Positions 28,924 through 39,473 of a stretch of DNA of 53,425 nucleotides are shown one piece after another; within the stretch, counting starts at the first letter, position 1; every line of letters begins with the position of its first letter. The translations under genes were made by a program, and so were the position numbers. The stretch lies in sequence record DRR378314_1610, one strand, 5' to 3'. The notes beneath the pieces are model-generated. The model did no database searches and was not told the DNA's origin. It was given only the letters and a program-made list of their open reading frames with translations.

Positions 28924-30648
28924 ATGTACTACGATTTCTTCGGTTTTCGGGAACCCCCGTTTTCGATAGCTCCCGACCCTCGCTATCTGTATCTCAGCGA
29001 GCGCCATAAAGAAGCGCTGGCCCATCTGATGTATGGCGTGCAGGGGCAGGGCGGTTTTATCGTGATTACCGGGGAAGTTGGCACTGGCAAAACGACGGTC
29101 AGCCGTTGCTTCATCGAGAATGTGCCGGATCATGTGGACATCGCACTGATCCTGAATCCGAGGTTATCTGCCCGGGAATTACTGTCATCCATATGCGATG
29201 AGCTTGAGATCGCCCACCCGGTTGGGTCAACCATCAAGGAATTGGTGGGGTTGATTAACGACGATCTGCTCAAAGCTCATGCGGCGGGCCGTCACAAGGT
29301 TCTGATGATCGATGAAGCCCAGAATCTGTCTGCTGAAGTGCTTGAACAGCTTCGACTGCTGACCAATCTTGAAACCGCCGAGAAAAAGCTGCTGCAGATC
29401 GTATTGCTGGGACAACCTGAACTGCAGGAGATCCTGGCGCTACCGGAGCTCCGCCAACTGAATCAGCGGGTGACGGCGCGTTATCACCTCGATGCCCTCG
29501 GACGCGCGGAAATAGAAGCCTACCTGCGTTATCGGCTCAGCGTGGCGGGCCTCCGGGGCGAAATCTTTACCGATCGTGCCATTCGGGCTTTATACCGCGC
29601 AAGCCATGGTGTCCCCAGGTTGATTAACCTGATCAGTGACCGAGCGTTGCTGGGCGCCTATGCCGAAGGTGAGCATCAGATCACGGCCCCCCATATTCGC
29701 AACGCTGCCCGTGAAGTGAATGGCCAGGGTTTGTCGGGGCGTGCCCGGCGATCCGGCAGGTCGCATTCCCTGTCGCATACCCTAATGGTGGCCGCAGGCC
29801 TGCTGATGGCCGTCATCATGACAACCTGGCTACTGATGGGGATTCCGGGAACCGGAGGGACCGCACCCGATGCTGTCGCTGAAGATCGGGGTGAGGGGCT
29901 GACCGGTACCATTGAACGAGTCGAGCCGGATGAGCCTGTCGCCGGGCTATCGGAACAGGCCCCTGACGCCAATCTGGAGATAGGGTCGGCGACGGAGCAG
30001 GAGTCGCTACCCGGGTTCGAATTTCCGGAGCAGGCAGTCTCATTACCGGTTGCCTTCCGCGAGTTGTTCGAACTGTGGGGGATGGATTATCGCGCATCGG
30101 AGAGTCCCGTTGCGTGTGAGTTTGCCGAGGGGCAGGGATTGCGTTGCCTGCAAAACAAAGGGGCACGCCGGAGCCTGGAGTTTCTGGACCGCCCCGCGAT
30201 ACTTCAGCTTCGCAATGGACAGGGGGACAGTCACTACGCGGTCTTGAGTGGCCTCCAGGACAACCGTGCCACCCTCGAACTGCCGAGTGGTCGCCGGGAG
30301 GTTACGTTCTCCAGCCTGGAGCCTTATTGGTTTGGCGAATTCACCGTACTCTGGGAAGCGCCTTCCTACACCCTGGGTGATGCTGCGGATAGCGAGCAAG
30401 GGAACGACAGGGTGTCCGAGCAGATCTGGATGGGGTCAAGAATCATGGAGCTCGCAAGCCGATACGCCGGTAGTCGGCAGGAAGAGAGCCTTGTCAACCG
30501 TATGTCGATCGAAGAACAGGTCCGCTGGTACCAGCGGCAGAGGGGCCTGACGGTGGATGGGATTGCGGGTGCGATGACCATCATTCAGATGAACAACGAC
30601 CTGGGTACCGCCGTGCCCCGGCTGACATCTGGAAGGATGGTGAACTGA
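28924..30648 (+). CDS. exeA: ExeA/GspA-family AAA ATPase with peptidoglycan-binding C terminus
   Basis: PFSIAPDP, GEVGTGKT, IDEAQNL, GQPEL, GVPRLIN, TM, C-terminal YQRQRGLTVDGIAG. Confidence 0.9.
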   Translation: MYYDFFGFREPPFSIAPDPRYLYLSERHKEALAHLMYGVQGQGGFIVITGEVGTGKTTVSRCFIENVPDHVDIALILNPRLSARELLSSICDELEIAHPVGSTIKELVGLINDDLLKAHAAGRHKVLMIDEAQNLSAEVLEQLRLLTNLETAEKKLLQIVLLGQPELQEILALPELRQLNQRVTARYHLDALGRAEIEAYLRYRLSVAGLRGEIFTDRAIRALYRASHGVPRLINLISDRALLGAYAEGEHQITAPHIRNAAREVNGQGLSGRARRSGRSHSLSHTLMVAAGLLMAVIMTTWLLMGIPGTGGTAPDAVAEDRGEGLTGTIERVEPDEPVAGLSEQAPDANLEIGSATEQESLPGFEFPEQAVSLPVAFRELFELWGMDYRASESPVACEFAEGQGLRCLQNKGARRSLEFLDRPAILQLRNGQGDSHYAVLSGLQDNRATLELPSGRREVTFSSLEPYWFGEFTVLWEAPSYTLGDAADSEQGNDRVSEQIWMGSRIMELASRYAGSRQEESLVNRMSIEEQVRWYQRQRGLTVDGIAGAMTIIQMNNDLGTAVPRLTSGRMVN

Positions 30649-30649
30649 T

Positions 30650-31411
30650 ATGTCCTATATCCTCGATGCCCTCCGGAAATCTGAAACCGAAAGGCGACAG
30701 GGTCGGATTCCGGACCTTGGCCAACAGGTGCAACTGATCCACAAGCCCAGAAAGAAGTCGATTCCGGTCCTGGTGTGGGTGGCTGCCGGCCTGGTCCTCA
30801 ATGCGGCAGTGTTGGCCTGGGTGTTATGGCCACAGGGTGGCCAGGCTCCATCCCCTGACCAGGCTGTGTCTTCAGACGCAATTGCTGTGCCTGCACCCAC
30901 CGTTGAGCCGGCCGTCGTTGAGGCTGAACCGGAAGCGTCCCGCCGGGCAACGGCGCCGGAACCTGTTCCATCGCCGCCGACCGGCGATACGCTTCAGGGC
31001 GCTATTGAGATTCCAACACCGGGCGCGAATACCGACTCCTCACGTAACGCAGTGGCCGAGACCGGTGATGAGGATGAGCGGGAGCGTCCGACCGTGATCG
31101 TTCCCACGCCGCGTACACCGAGTGCGATCAACCCAAGTGATACGGACGGCGCCACGACTCGGTCGGCGCCGCACCTTGTAGAACTTCCACTTTCCTTCCA
31201 GAAAAGGGTGCCCGACCTGATCTTCAACAGTCACATTTACGCCTCCGAACCGTCTGCACGACGGGTCATGATCAACGACAATTACCTGCGGCCAGGGGAG
31301 TCGTTTTCCGGAATTACCGTTGAGCGGATCACCGAGGAAGGCGTGGAACTGAGCATGGATGGTCGTCGCTTCCGGGTGGGTGTGGTACGCAACTGGGTGA
31401 GCCCCGAATAA
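30650..31411 (+). CDS. exeB: ExeB/GspB secretin-assembly factor
   Basis: MSYILDALRKSE start, TM, Pro-rich linker, FNSHIYASEPSARRVMIN. Confidence 0.88.
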   Translation: MSYILDALRKSETERRQGRIPDLGQQVQLIHKPRKKSIPVLVWVAAGLVLNAAVLAWVLWPQGGQAPSPDQAVSSDAIAVPAPTVEPAVVEAEPEASRRATAPEPVPSPPTGDTLQGAIEIPTPGANTDSSRNAVAETGDEDERERPTVIVPTPRTPSAINPSDTDGATTRSAPHLVELPLSFQKRVPDLIFNSHIYASEPSARRVMINDNYLRPGESFSGITVERITEEGVELSMDGRRFRVGVVRNWVSPE

Positions 31412-33600
31412 TGGCACTCACCGAGGACGTCAAACAGCAGATTCAGCAGACCTACCGTGATGTGCTGGCCGGCAAGGACATCCGTGCCCGCTATGGTCAG
31501 CGCCTGATGATCGCCGAAATTGCGCGCTACATGGGCGAGATCACCGAGAATGATGGCCAGCGCACGTCTGCAGCTGGAACCTGTGTGGTCGAAGCGGGTA
31601 CCGGAACCGGCAAGACCCTGGCCTATCTGATTGCGGCAATTCCAGTGGCTCGCGCCCTTGGCAAGACCCTGGTGATCTCCACGGCGACAGTTGCCCTGCA
31701 GGATCAGATTGTTCACAAGGACCTTCCGGACCTGAAAAAACACAGCAAGCTGGATTTTACCTGGACACTGGCAAAAGGGCGGGGCCGTTATCTGTGTATG
31801 TCCCGTCTCGAAGCGCGCCTGCATGACGAAGGAAACGGCGACAGTGATACCATGCCGTTGTTTTTGTTGGATGGCCCCGGCAAGGAGGAACCCGGCACTC
31901 GCGCTTATTTCGAGGACATGCTGGCCAGTTACGGTTCCCGCAAGTGGGATGGTGACCGGGATCATTGGCCGGACCAGATACCCGATGACATCTGGCGACA
32001 GGTCACCACCGACCATCGTCAATGCACCAACCGTCACTGCAGCTATTTCGACAGCTGTGCTTTTTTCGATGCGCGAAAAGACCTCGATGATGCGGACATC
32101 GTCGTGGCCAATCACGACCTTGTGCTGGCGGATCTTGCCCTTGGTGGTGGCGCCATTCTGCCGGAACCGGAAAACGCGTTGTTTATTTTTGACGAGGCGC
32201 ATCACCTCCCGGACAAGGCGTTGAATCACTTTGCCGCGTCAGTGCCGTTGAATGCCACCCGCCAGTGGCTCAAACAGTTGTCCCAGGCATTGGGAAAGAT
32301 GCAGCCGTTCCTGACGCCCGGCACGCAGGCTGCAAAAACCATCGACAGGATCAGTTCGGCTTCTCGTGAAGTGGATATCTGCCTGACGAAGGTGTACGAC
32401 GAGGCCGAGCAGAATACCGGCTGGGAGTTTAACGAAGAGCGACGCTCTGCCCAGTGGCGCTACCCCGAAGGTGAATTGCCGGAAGTGCTTGCGGGATTGG
32501 CGGTGGAAACCCGAGTGGCAACGGCCACCCTGGCACGCCAGCTCGGCGTAATGGTGGAGGAGTTACAGACCGCCTTTGACGAACGCAAGGCCAGTGATGT
32601 GGACCGTGATACGGCCGAGTCCTGGTACCCGGTGATTGGATCGTTCCACAGCCGCGCCGAGGATCAACTGCGATTATGGGCCGCTTGGTGTGACAATCCG
32701 GGCCAGCCGTCCAGTGAGGCGGCAGAAGGCGACGATCCAGCGCCAGAGCCGAAGAAACGTCCAGGGCCGCCTGCGGCGCGTTGGGCTGTGCGTCAGCGCT
32801 GGGAACACGCGGAAGACATTACGCTTTACAGTAGCCCGGTTCTCGCGGATAACCTGCTTTATTCAAGACTCTGGTCGAGGGCCTACGGCGCCGTACTGAC
32901 CAGTGCGACCCTGACAGCTCTTGGGCGTTTTGACCGGCTGAAGGCCAGAGCTGGCCTGCCGGAAGCCAGCCGCTTTGTGGTGGTCCCCAGCTCTTTCCGC
33001 TACGGTGAAATGGCAACCGTGGAGGTGCCGGCCATGACGGCCATGCCCACGGACGACAGTTTCACCGACCAGGTGGTGGCGCGTTTGCCCGATCTGTGGG
33101 CTGGAGAAAAAGCGACCCTGGTGTTGTTCACCTCCAGGCGCCAGATGCAACTCGTGCGCGACGCCCTGTCACCTGAGTACCCCGACCTGATCACCACACA
33201 GGACGACATGGCCAAAGGCGAAGTCCTGCGCCGCCATTGCAGCCGAGTGGATGAGGGGCTGCCCAGCGTGTTGTTCGGGGTCGCGAGTTTTGCCGAGGGT
33301 ATCGACTTGCCCGGCAAGTATTTGAGTCATGTGGTCATCACCCGTCTGCCCTTCTCGGTACCGGATGATCCCATTGAGGCGAGTCTGGCGGAATGGGTCA
33401 CACACCGGGGCGGCAACCCGTTCATGGAAATCACGGTACCCGACGCGTCCATCAAACTGGTGCAGGCCGTTGGCCGCCTGCTGCGGACCGAGTCGGACAC
33501 CGGTCGCGTCACCATCCTTGACCGACGCATCATTGCCCGTCGTTATGGGCAGTTACTGCTGGACGCCCTGCCGCCTTTCAGGCGGATCATAGAGCCCTGA
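31411..33600 (+). CDS. dinG: ATP-dependent DNA helicase DinG
   Basis: EAGTGTGKT, Fe-S cysteines (YLC, CTNRHC, SC), DEAHH, SAT, FAEGIDLPG, QAVGRLLR; TAATG overlap with exeB. Confidence 0.93.
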   Translation: MALTEDVKQQIQQTYRDVLAGKDIRARYGQRLMIAEIARYMGEITENDGQRTSAAGTCVVEAGTGTGKTLAYLIAAIPVARALGKTLVISTATVALQDQIVHKDLPDLKKHSKLDFTWTLAKGRGRYLCMSRLEARLHDEGNGDSDTMPLFLLDGPGKEEPGTRAYFEDMLASYGSRKWDGDRDHWPDQIPDDIWRQVTTDHRQCTNRHCSYFDSCAFFDARKDLDDADIVVANHDLVLADLALGGGAILPEPENALFIFDEAHHLPDKALNHFAASVPLNATRQWLKQLSQALGKMQPFLTPGTQAAKTIDRISSASREVDICLTKVYDEAEQNTGWEFNEERRSAQWRYPEGELPEVLAGLAVETRVATATLARQLGVMVEELQTAFDERKASDVDRDTAESWYPVIGSFHSRAEDQLRLWAAWCDNPGQPSSEAAEGDDPAPEPKKRPGPPAARWAVRQRWEHAEDITLYSSPVLADNLLYSRLWSRAYGAVLTSATLTALGRFDRLKARAGLPEASRFVVVPSSFRYGEMATVEVPAMTAMPTDDSFTDQVVARLPDLWAGEKATLVLFTSRRQMQLVRDALSPEYPDLITTQDDMAKGEVLRRHCSRVDEGLPSVLFGVASFAEGIDLPGKYLSHVVITRLPFSVPDDPIEASLAEWVTHRGGNPFMEITVPDASIKLVQAVGRLLRTESDTGRVTILDRRIIARRYGQLLLDALPPFRRIIEP

Positions 33601-33615
33601 CATAAAGGCGGCCAT

Positions 33616-33647
33616 AAAAAAAGAGCCAACCCATGTGGGTGGCTCTT
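33616..33647 (-). terminator. Intrinsic terminator (minus strand)
   Basis: Minus strand reads AAGAGCCACCCA-CA-TGGGTTGGCTC followed by T7. Confidence 0.8.
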
Positions 33648-33748
33648 GTAGAGTGGGTCCTTATCGAACCCGGGCGTCGAAACAACGCGGAACAAGAAGT
33701 CTGAAGGCCTGAAGTTTCAGAAATCTTACCGAGGTTTCCCTCAGCGTT
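33616..33748 (-). ncRNA. Candidate trans-acting sRNA (~135 nt)
   Basis: Minus-strand -10 TACTAT (33755-33760), 5' GAAA-tetraloop hairpin (33729-33744), U-rich segment (33679-33700), hairpin at 33655-33671, terminator. Confidence 0.55.
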
Positions 33749-33770
33749 GGGAGCATAGTAAGGGAGGAGG

Positions 33771-33808
33771 GGGCGTATCCGGATCGTCCAAAGGGCGTAG
33801 AGGGCGTA
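33771..33808. repeat. Three GGGCGTA (TACGCCC) direct repeats, putative activator boxes
   Basis: Copies at 33771-33777, 33793-33799 and 33802-33808. Confidence 0.6.
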
Positions 33809-33824
33809 CAAAAATCCGTAAAAG

Positions 33825-33840
33825 TGTGACACGCGTCACA
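33825..33840. promoter_or_regulatory. Perfect CRP/Vfr-type box
   Basis: TGTGA-CACGCG-TCACA with A-rich flanks. Confidence 0.75.
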
Positions 33841-33873
33841 AAAAGCCATTGGAAGTTCCCAGGGTTTGGTCGC

Positions 33874-36597
33874 CTAGGCCAATAGTCGCAGCGACCGCGC
33901 CCGGGCCAGGGCCTCGGTGCGGGAGCCCACCGCGAGTTTGCCATAGAGATTGCGGATATGGGCCTTCACCGTGGTCGGCGCCACGCCCATGGTGGTGGCG
34001 ATGTCCTTGTTGGCAAGGCCCTGGTTAATCAAATCCAGCACTTCCAGTTCCCGTTGGCTCAGGGGTTCGGGAAGGTCTGTATTGCCAGGCGCCTCTGCAG
34101 CGTCCGTCAGTGTGTCCTTGTCGTTCGTTTCAGGGGCTTCTGATTCTGCAAGGTCAGACAGCATCTCGGTGACCCGGCTGTTCCAGCGCCCCGGTGCCTT
34201 TAGAGCAGGTAGTGCCATGCACAACTGGCGGATGGTGGGGCTCTCCTCCGCGAGCAGCCGCATAAACCCGGCTTCCGACGCGCGCTGCACGGCCTGGGCC
34301 AGCATTTGTTCGGCCTCCTTCGTTTTACCTTCGGCGAACAATGCTTCGCTGTAGACCAACTGTATTTCCACCAGATGACGATAATGCTGGTCCTGCTCCG
34401 CGCTGAGGCGAAGGGGAGCAAGCGTTGCCATGGCGTCCTCCGGCTGCCCCAGAGCTACCTGAACTCGGGCAATGCTGATCTGATTCTGTTCCCGGTTCAG
34501 TGGATTGGTGAATCGGTCACTCCTTACTTGGTGCATCCAGTCCTGAGCAAGCTCCAGGTGGCCGGTGGCGAGATAGCACCTGGCCAGCATGGCGGAACAG
34601 GCGGGTGGCTCGAAGACGATGTGGTCCCGACGCCGCCTTGCCACGCTGGCTGCATCCTCCAGCGCCTCCATGGCTTCCTGGTAGCGCCCCTCGCTGAAGG
34701 CCAGGTGGCCGCGCACGTACTGGATAACCACATGCTGCCCGGGTTCGGTGCCATTGTTGACGTGGTCGAGCAGGGGAGCCAGATAGGAGGCGGCCAGTTG
34801 AGGTTCGTTGCGTTCACGGTAAATCTCGATCAGTGCGCTGTTCTGCCAGCAGGAAATCAACATGGGCTGGCGCGGGTCGCTGTGATGCTTGTCGACCCAT
34901 TGGCGCACTCGGGTACAGGTATCCAATGCTTCGTCGATATCGCCCCGGTTGTACTGAATCCAGGCAAGCAGGCCACCGCTTGAGAGCACGGTGCTAGGCT
35001 TTCGCTCAAGTTCCCCGTAGCGAACCGCCGATGTCAGGGCATCCTCCGCCGCGGCCAGATCACCCTTGCCGTAGTAGTCCAATCCCACGCCGTAATAGGT
35101 GACCGATTTCAAAGGTATCCGGGTGTGGTCAATGTCCCTCAGGACCTGTTGGGTCAGGTCACTGGCACTCTTGTCGTCGCTTTTGGAGCGAGCGAGGTAA
35201 GAGCGAATCAGAGAAATTTCACTCTGCAGGCCCAGTGCGCCCTCGGCGTCGGGGTGGGAATCGGCCACCCGTTTGTCGAGCATGTCCTCCAGTTCGCCGA
35301 GGAGAGGTTCCAATACGTCCACCCGGTTGGCGAAAAACAGTGCCCACACTCTCAGCATCAATAATTGCGGGCTGTCCTGAAGGGTGTAGGTGGGCAGGGA
35401 ATCCAGCCAACTGAGAACGGGAAGGTGAAACCCTCCGTGGATCAGGTTATTGCCGTGTTCAGCCAGCACCTTTGCAAGCCAGGGCCAGTCCTGATGCTGG
35501 ACGATCTGGGAGATGCCCTCCTGAACGTGACCATGGACCAGCAACCAGTTCACCGCACGTTGCCATCGCTTGTCGGTATCCTCCGGTTTGAACTGTCTGG
35601 CCCGTTGCAACAGCGCGTCCCGAAACAGGTCGTGATAGCGAAACCATTCATTGTGGGTATCCAACGGAATCAGGAACAGGTTTTCACGCAGCAGCTGCTC
35701 GAGCAGGACCTGGCTGTTGGTGGTGCCGCGAACCGCATCGCAGAGTGAGGCGCACAGCCTTGGGCAGCAGGCGGTATCGAGCAGGAAATCGCGAACTGGC
35801 CCAGGTTGCTGTTCCAGCACTTCGGTGAGCACGTAATCGCTGATGCGCCGCTCGTCGAGGTCGAGGCGTTGCTGGCCAGCCCCGGATTTCTGATCATCGA
35901 TGCTGCCCCCGGACAGCGCGGACAACTGCATGGCCGCCACCCAACCCTCGGTTTTGCTGCAGATCCGGCGGACCTCCTGCTCCGAGAGTTCAAGTCCCAT
36001 GGTGTCGTGGAAGAAGCGCTGGCATTCCTCCTCGGAAAACGCCAGCAGGCCCGGGTGTATATCCTCCACCCAGCGACGCACCCGCCAGCGTGATAATGGC
36101 AGGGCGGGTTCCGTGCGGGACGCCAGGGTCACCAGAATCCCAGGCGGAAGGTAGTCCATGAAATACGACATCTGGCGCTGTAATTGTGGGTCCCGAACAA
36201 AATGATAGTCGTCCAGAACCAGCGACCAGGGCGCCCCATCGGCGGCGAGTACGTTAATCAGCCCGGTAATGGGGCCTTCCAGTTCCTGGAGGCTGCAATG
36301 GCTGAGTTGCTGACGGCATTGTTCAAGGCCTGCCAGGCCATTGTGTTCAAACGCCCCGACCACGTACTGCCAGAACCGGCGAGGCTCGTCATCGTGCTCA
36401 TCCAGGGACAGCCAGGCAACGGTCGACGGGGACTGGGAACACCATTGGCTGACCAGCGTGGTTTTGCCAAAGCCCGCCGGAGCCACCACCAGGTTCAGCC
36501 GTTTGGCACCGTTCGGTTGCAGCAGCGCGCTCAGGCGCTCCCGACTTACCGAGCGGGGGTCCGCGGTTGGTCTGAGGAATTTGGTGGTTAGCAGCAT
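33874..36597 (-). CDS. MalT-like ATP-dependent LuxR-family transcriptional activator
   Basis: MLLTTKFLRP start, Walker A APAGFGKTT, WLSLDEHDD, LVLDDYH, TEGWVAAMQL, FRYHDLF, TPR-like region, C-terminal LuxR HTH LSQRELEVL...TVKAHIRNLYGKL. Confidence 0.93.
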   Translation of the reverse strand: MLLTTKFLRPTADPRSVSRERLSALLQPNGAKRLNLVVAPAGFGKTTLVSQWCSQSPSTVAWLSLDEHDDEPRRFWQYVVGAFEHNGLAGLEQCRQQLSHCSLQELEGPITGLINVLAADGAPWSLVLDDYHFVRDPQLQRQMSYFMDYLPPGILVTLASRTEPALPLSRWRVRRWVEDIHPGLLAFSEEECQRFFHDTMGLELSEQEVRRICSKTEGWVAAMQLSALSGGSIDDQKSGAGQQRLDLDERRISDYVLTEVLEQQPGPVRDFLLDTACCPRLCASLCDAVRGTTNSQVLLEQLLRENLFLIPLDTHNEWFRYHDLFRDALLQRARQFKPEDTDKRWQRAVNWLLVHGHVQEGISQIVQHQDWPWLAKVLAEHGNNLIHGGFHLPVLSWLDSLPTYTLQDSPQLLMLRVWALFFANRVDVLEPLLGELEDMLDKRVADSHPDAEGALGLQSEISLIRSYLARSKSDDKSASDLTQQVLRDIDHTRIPLKSVTYYGVGLDYYGKGDLAAAEDALTSAVRYGELERKPSTVLSSGGLLAWIQYNRGDIDEALDTCTRVRQWVDKHHSDPRQPMLISCWQNSALIEIYRERNEPQLAASYLAPLLDHVNNGTEPGQHVVIQYVRGHLAFSEGRYQEAMEALEDAASVARRRRDHIVFEPPACSAMLARCYLATGHLELAQDWMHQVRSDRFTNPLNREQNQISIARVQVALGQPEDAMATLAPLRLSAEQDQHYRHLVEIQLVYSEALFAEGKTKEAEQMLAQAVQRASEAGFMRLLAEESPTIRQLCMALPALKAPGRWNSRVTEMLSDLAESEAPETNDKDTLTDAAEAPGNTDLPEPLSQRELEVLDLINQGLANKDIATTMGVAPTTVKAHIRNLYGKLAVGSRTEALARARSLRLLA

Positions 36598-36885
36598 CGT
36601 TTCCCTGAATGCCGGTGAATGGCAAGTGTCCAGTCCGGTTAACGAATTAACCAGACGGGACACCAGATAACGGATTGTGTGCTTTGTCACCGTTAAGTCA
36701 AGGGCCGCAAAGACAAATGACGCCGTCGTCATGCTGCGTTCTGTGTTTTTTGGTCTAAACTGTGTTGGAAGGGATTCTGTATACTCAATAAGAATGAAAA
36801 ATCACGTTTTTATGCGTATTCTTCTAATAAGATCAGCGTATACATGCCCGGTCTGTACCGGGCCTTATGGGGAGCGACAGGGTAG

Positions 36886-37863
<978 letters not shown>

Positions 37864-37877
37864 CGGTCCGGGGCGGT

Positions 37878-38600
37878 TTATTCGCGGGCGATCAGGTTTC
37901 CGGCGTGTAGGCCACATTCCTTCTGCGTGGCTTCTTCCCACCACCAGCGGCCTTCACGCTCGTGCTGTCCCGGCAGTATAGGGCGTGTGCAGGGTTCGCA
38001 GCCAATGCTGACAAAGCCCTTTTCGTGCAGTTTGTTGTAGGGGGCTTCCGTCATACGGATATAGTCCCAGACTTCCTTCGAGCTCCAGTTCGCCAGCGGA
38101 TTAAATTTCACCAGCGTTTTCTCGTCCGTAGAGAAGGCGTCATCAATCTGCACCACAGGTACGTCGTTGCGGGTGCCAGGACTCTGGTCCTTGCGCTGGC
38201 CGGTAATCCACGCATCAACGGTGGCCAGTTTCCGCCGTAACGGATTGACCTTGCGGATACCGCAGCACTCGCCGTGGCCGTCCTCATAGAAACTGAACAT
38301 ACCCTTGCGGGTGACCAGATCCTGCACTTCCGCAGCATCAGGGAACATCACCTCAATGTTGATGCCATAGTGCTCACGGACCCGGTCAATGAACTGATAG
38401 GTTTCCGGGTGAAGGCGCGCCGTATCCAGGGTGAATACCTGAAGGTTGTCGGTCAGCTTGTGGGCCAGCTCAATCAGCGCGACGTCTTCCGCACCACTGA
38501 ATGAAATGGCAATGTTGTCGTACTTCGCCAGAGCAGCCTTGAGGATTGCCCTGGGGCTTGCGCCTTCAAGCTCCGCCTGTAACTGTGCAATGTCCGTCAT
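37878..38600 (-). CDS. cysH: APS/PAPS reductase ([4Fe-4S] APS-reductase type)
   Basis: [37 protein letters not shown]. Confidence 0.94.
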   Translation of the reverse strand: MTDIAQLQAELEGASPRAILKAALAKYDNIAISFSGAEDVALIELAHKLTDNLQVFTLDTARLHPETYQFIDRVREHYGINIEVMFPDAAEVQDLVTRKGMFSFYEDGHGECCGIRKVNPLRRKLATVDAWITGQRKDQSPGTRNDVPVVQIDDAFSTDEKTLVKFNPLANWSSKEVWDYIRMTEAPYNKLHEKGFVSIGCEPCTRPILPGQHEREGRWWWEEATQKECGLHAGNLIARE

Positions 38601-38799
38601 TTGAAAGGATCACCTGGGATGTAAATGTGTGATAAATCTACCATTAACCGGAGGCAGTCTGAAGGAATGGCGAAGTATATCGTTATAGCCGCACAGATGT
38701 ACGATGCATTCCGCCCCGGTTTTTCTTATCATACCGCCTGATTCCAATCCCCGGCGGCCGTCGCCGGACTGACCAGCGTTCAACTATCAGGAGACCATT

Positions 38800-39411
38800 G
38801 TGGAACTCGCGTGCCTTGACCTTGAAGGAGTACTGATCCCGGAAATCTGGATCGCGTTTGCGGAAAAAACCGGCATTGAGGCGCTCAAGGCGACCACCCG
38901 AGACATTCCCGACTACGACGTGTTGATGCAGCAACGCCTGAAACTGCTGGACCAGCACGGCTATGGCCTGCCGCAGATCCAGGAAGTGATTGGCGAACTG
39001 GACCCACTGCCCGGTGCGCGGGAATTTCTGGACTGGCTGCGGGAGCGGTTCCAGGTGGTCATTCTCTCCGACACCTTCTACGAGTTTGCCATGCCGTTGA
39101 TGGCAAAGCTGGGCTATCCGGCGCTGCTGTGCCACAAGCTGGAAGTGAACGAAGAGGGCAGGATCACTGATTACCTGCTGCGCCAGCGTGACCCCAAGCG
39201 CCAGTCCGTCCGTGCCTTCCAGCTGCTGAACTACCGCGTCATCGCAGCGGGTGATTCCTACAACGACACCACCATGCTGGGCCAGGCGGAAGCGGGCATC
39301 CTGTTCCATGCGCCGCAGAACGTCATTGAGGAGTTCCCCCAGTTCCCGGCGGTGCATACCTTTGCAGAGCTTAAGGATGAGTTCCTGAAAGCCAGCGCTA
39401 TCCATAACTGA
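38800..39411 (+). CDS. thrH: Phosphoserine phosphatase/homoserine phosphotransferase ThrH
   Basis: HAD motif CLDLEGVL, LSDTFYEF, GDSYNDTTML; AGGAG SD before the GTG start. Confidence 0.94.
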   Translation: MELACLDLEGVLIPEIWIAFAEKTGIEALKATTRDIPDYDVLMQQRLKLLDQHGYGLPQIQEVIGELDPLPGAREFLDWLRERFQVVILSDTFYEFAMPLMAKLGYPALLCHKLEVNEEGRITDYLLRQRDPKRQSVRAFQLLNYRVIAAGDSYNDTTMLGQAEAGILFHAPQNVIEEFPQFPAVHTFAELKDEFLKASAIHN

Positions 39412-39424
39412 TTGCGCAGAAGAG

Positions 39425-39449
39425 GCCGGGGCACAGAGCCCGCCCCGGC
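39425..39449. terminator. GC-rich hairpin between convergent thrH and pabB
   Basis: GCCGGGGC...GCCCCGGC inverted repeat; no strong U tract. Confidence 0.4.
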
Positions 39450-39473
39450 TGTCCTGTCTTGGCGTTTCGCTCT

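Noticed and set aside
33587-33944. Short minus-strand ORFs (62-81 aa) in the dinG-regulator gap
   Set aside because: No clear SD or protein-like composition; they run across the operator and terminator elements, so a non-coding reading fits better.
36598-36732. N-terminal extensions in the ORF track (regulator from 36732; also dnaX 155, fadD 18941, pilZ 47817, VWA 8244)
   Set aside because: Family-typical N termini and, in most cases, SD sequences point to downstream starts.
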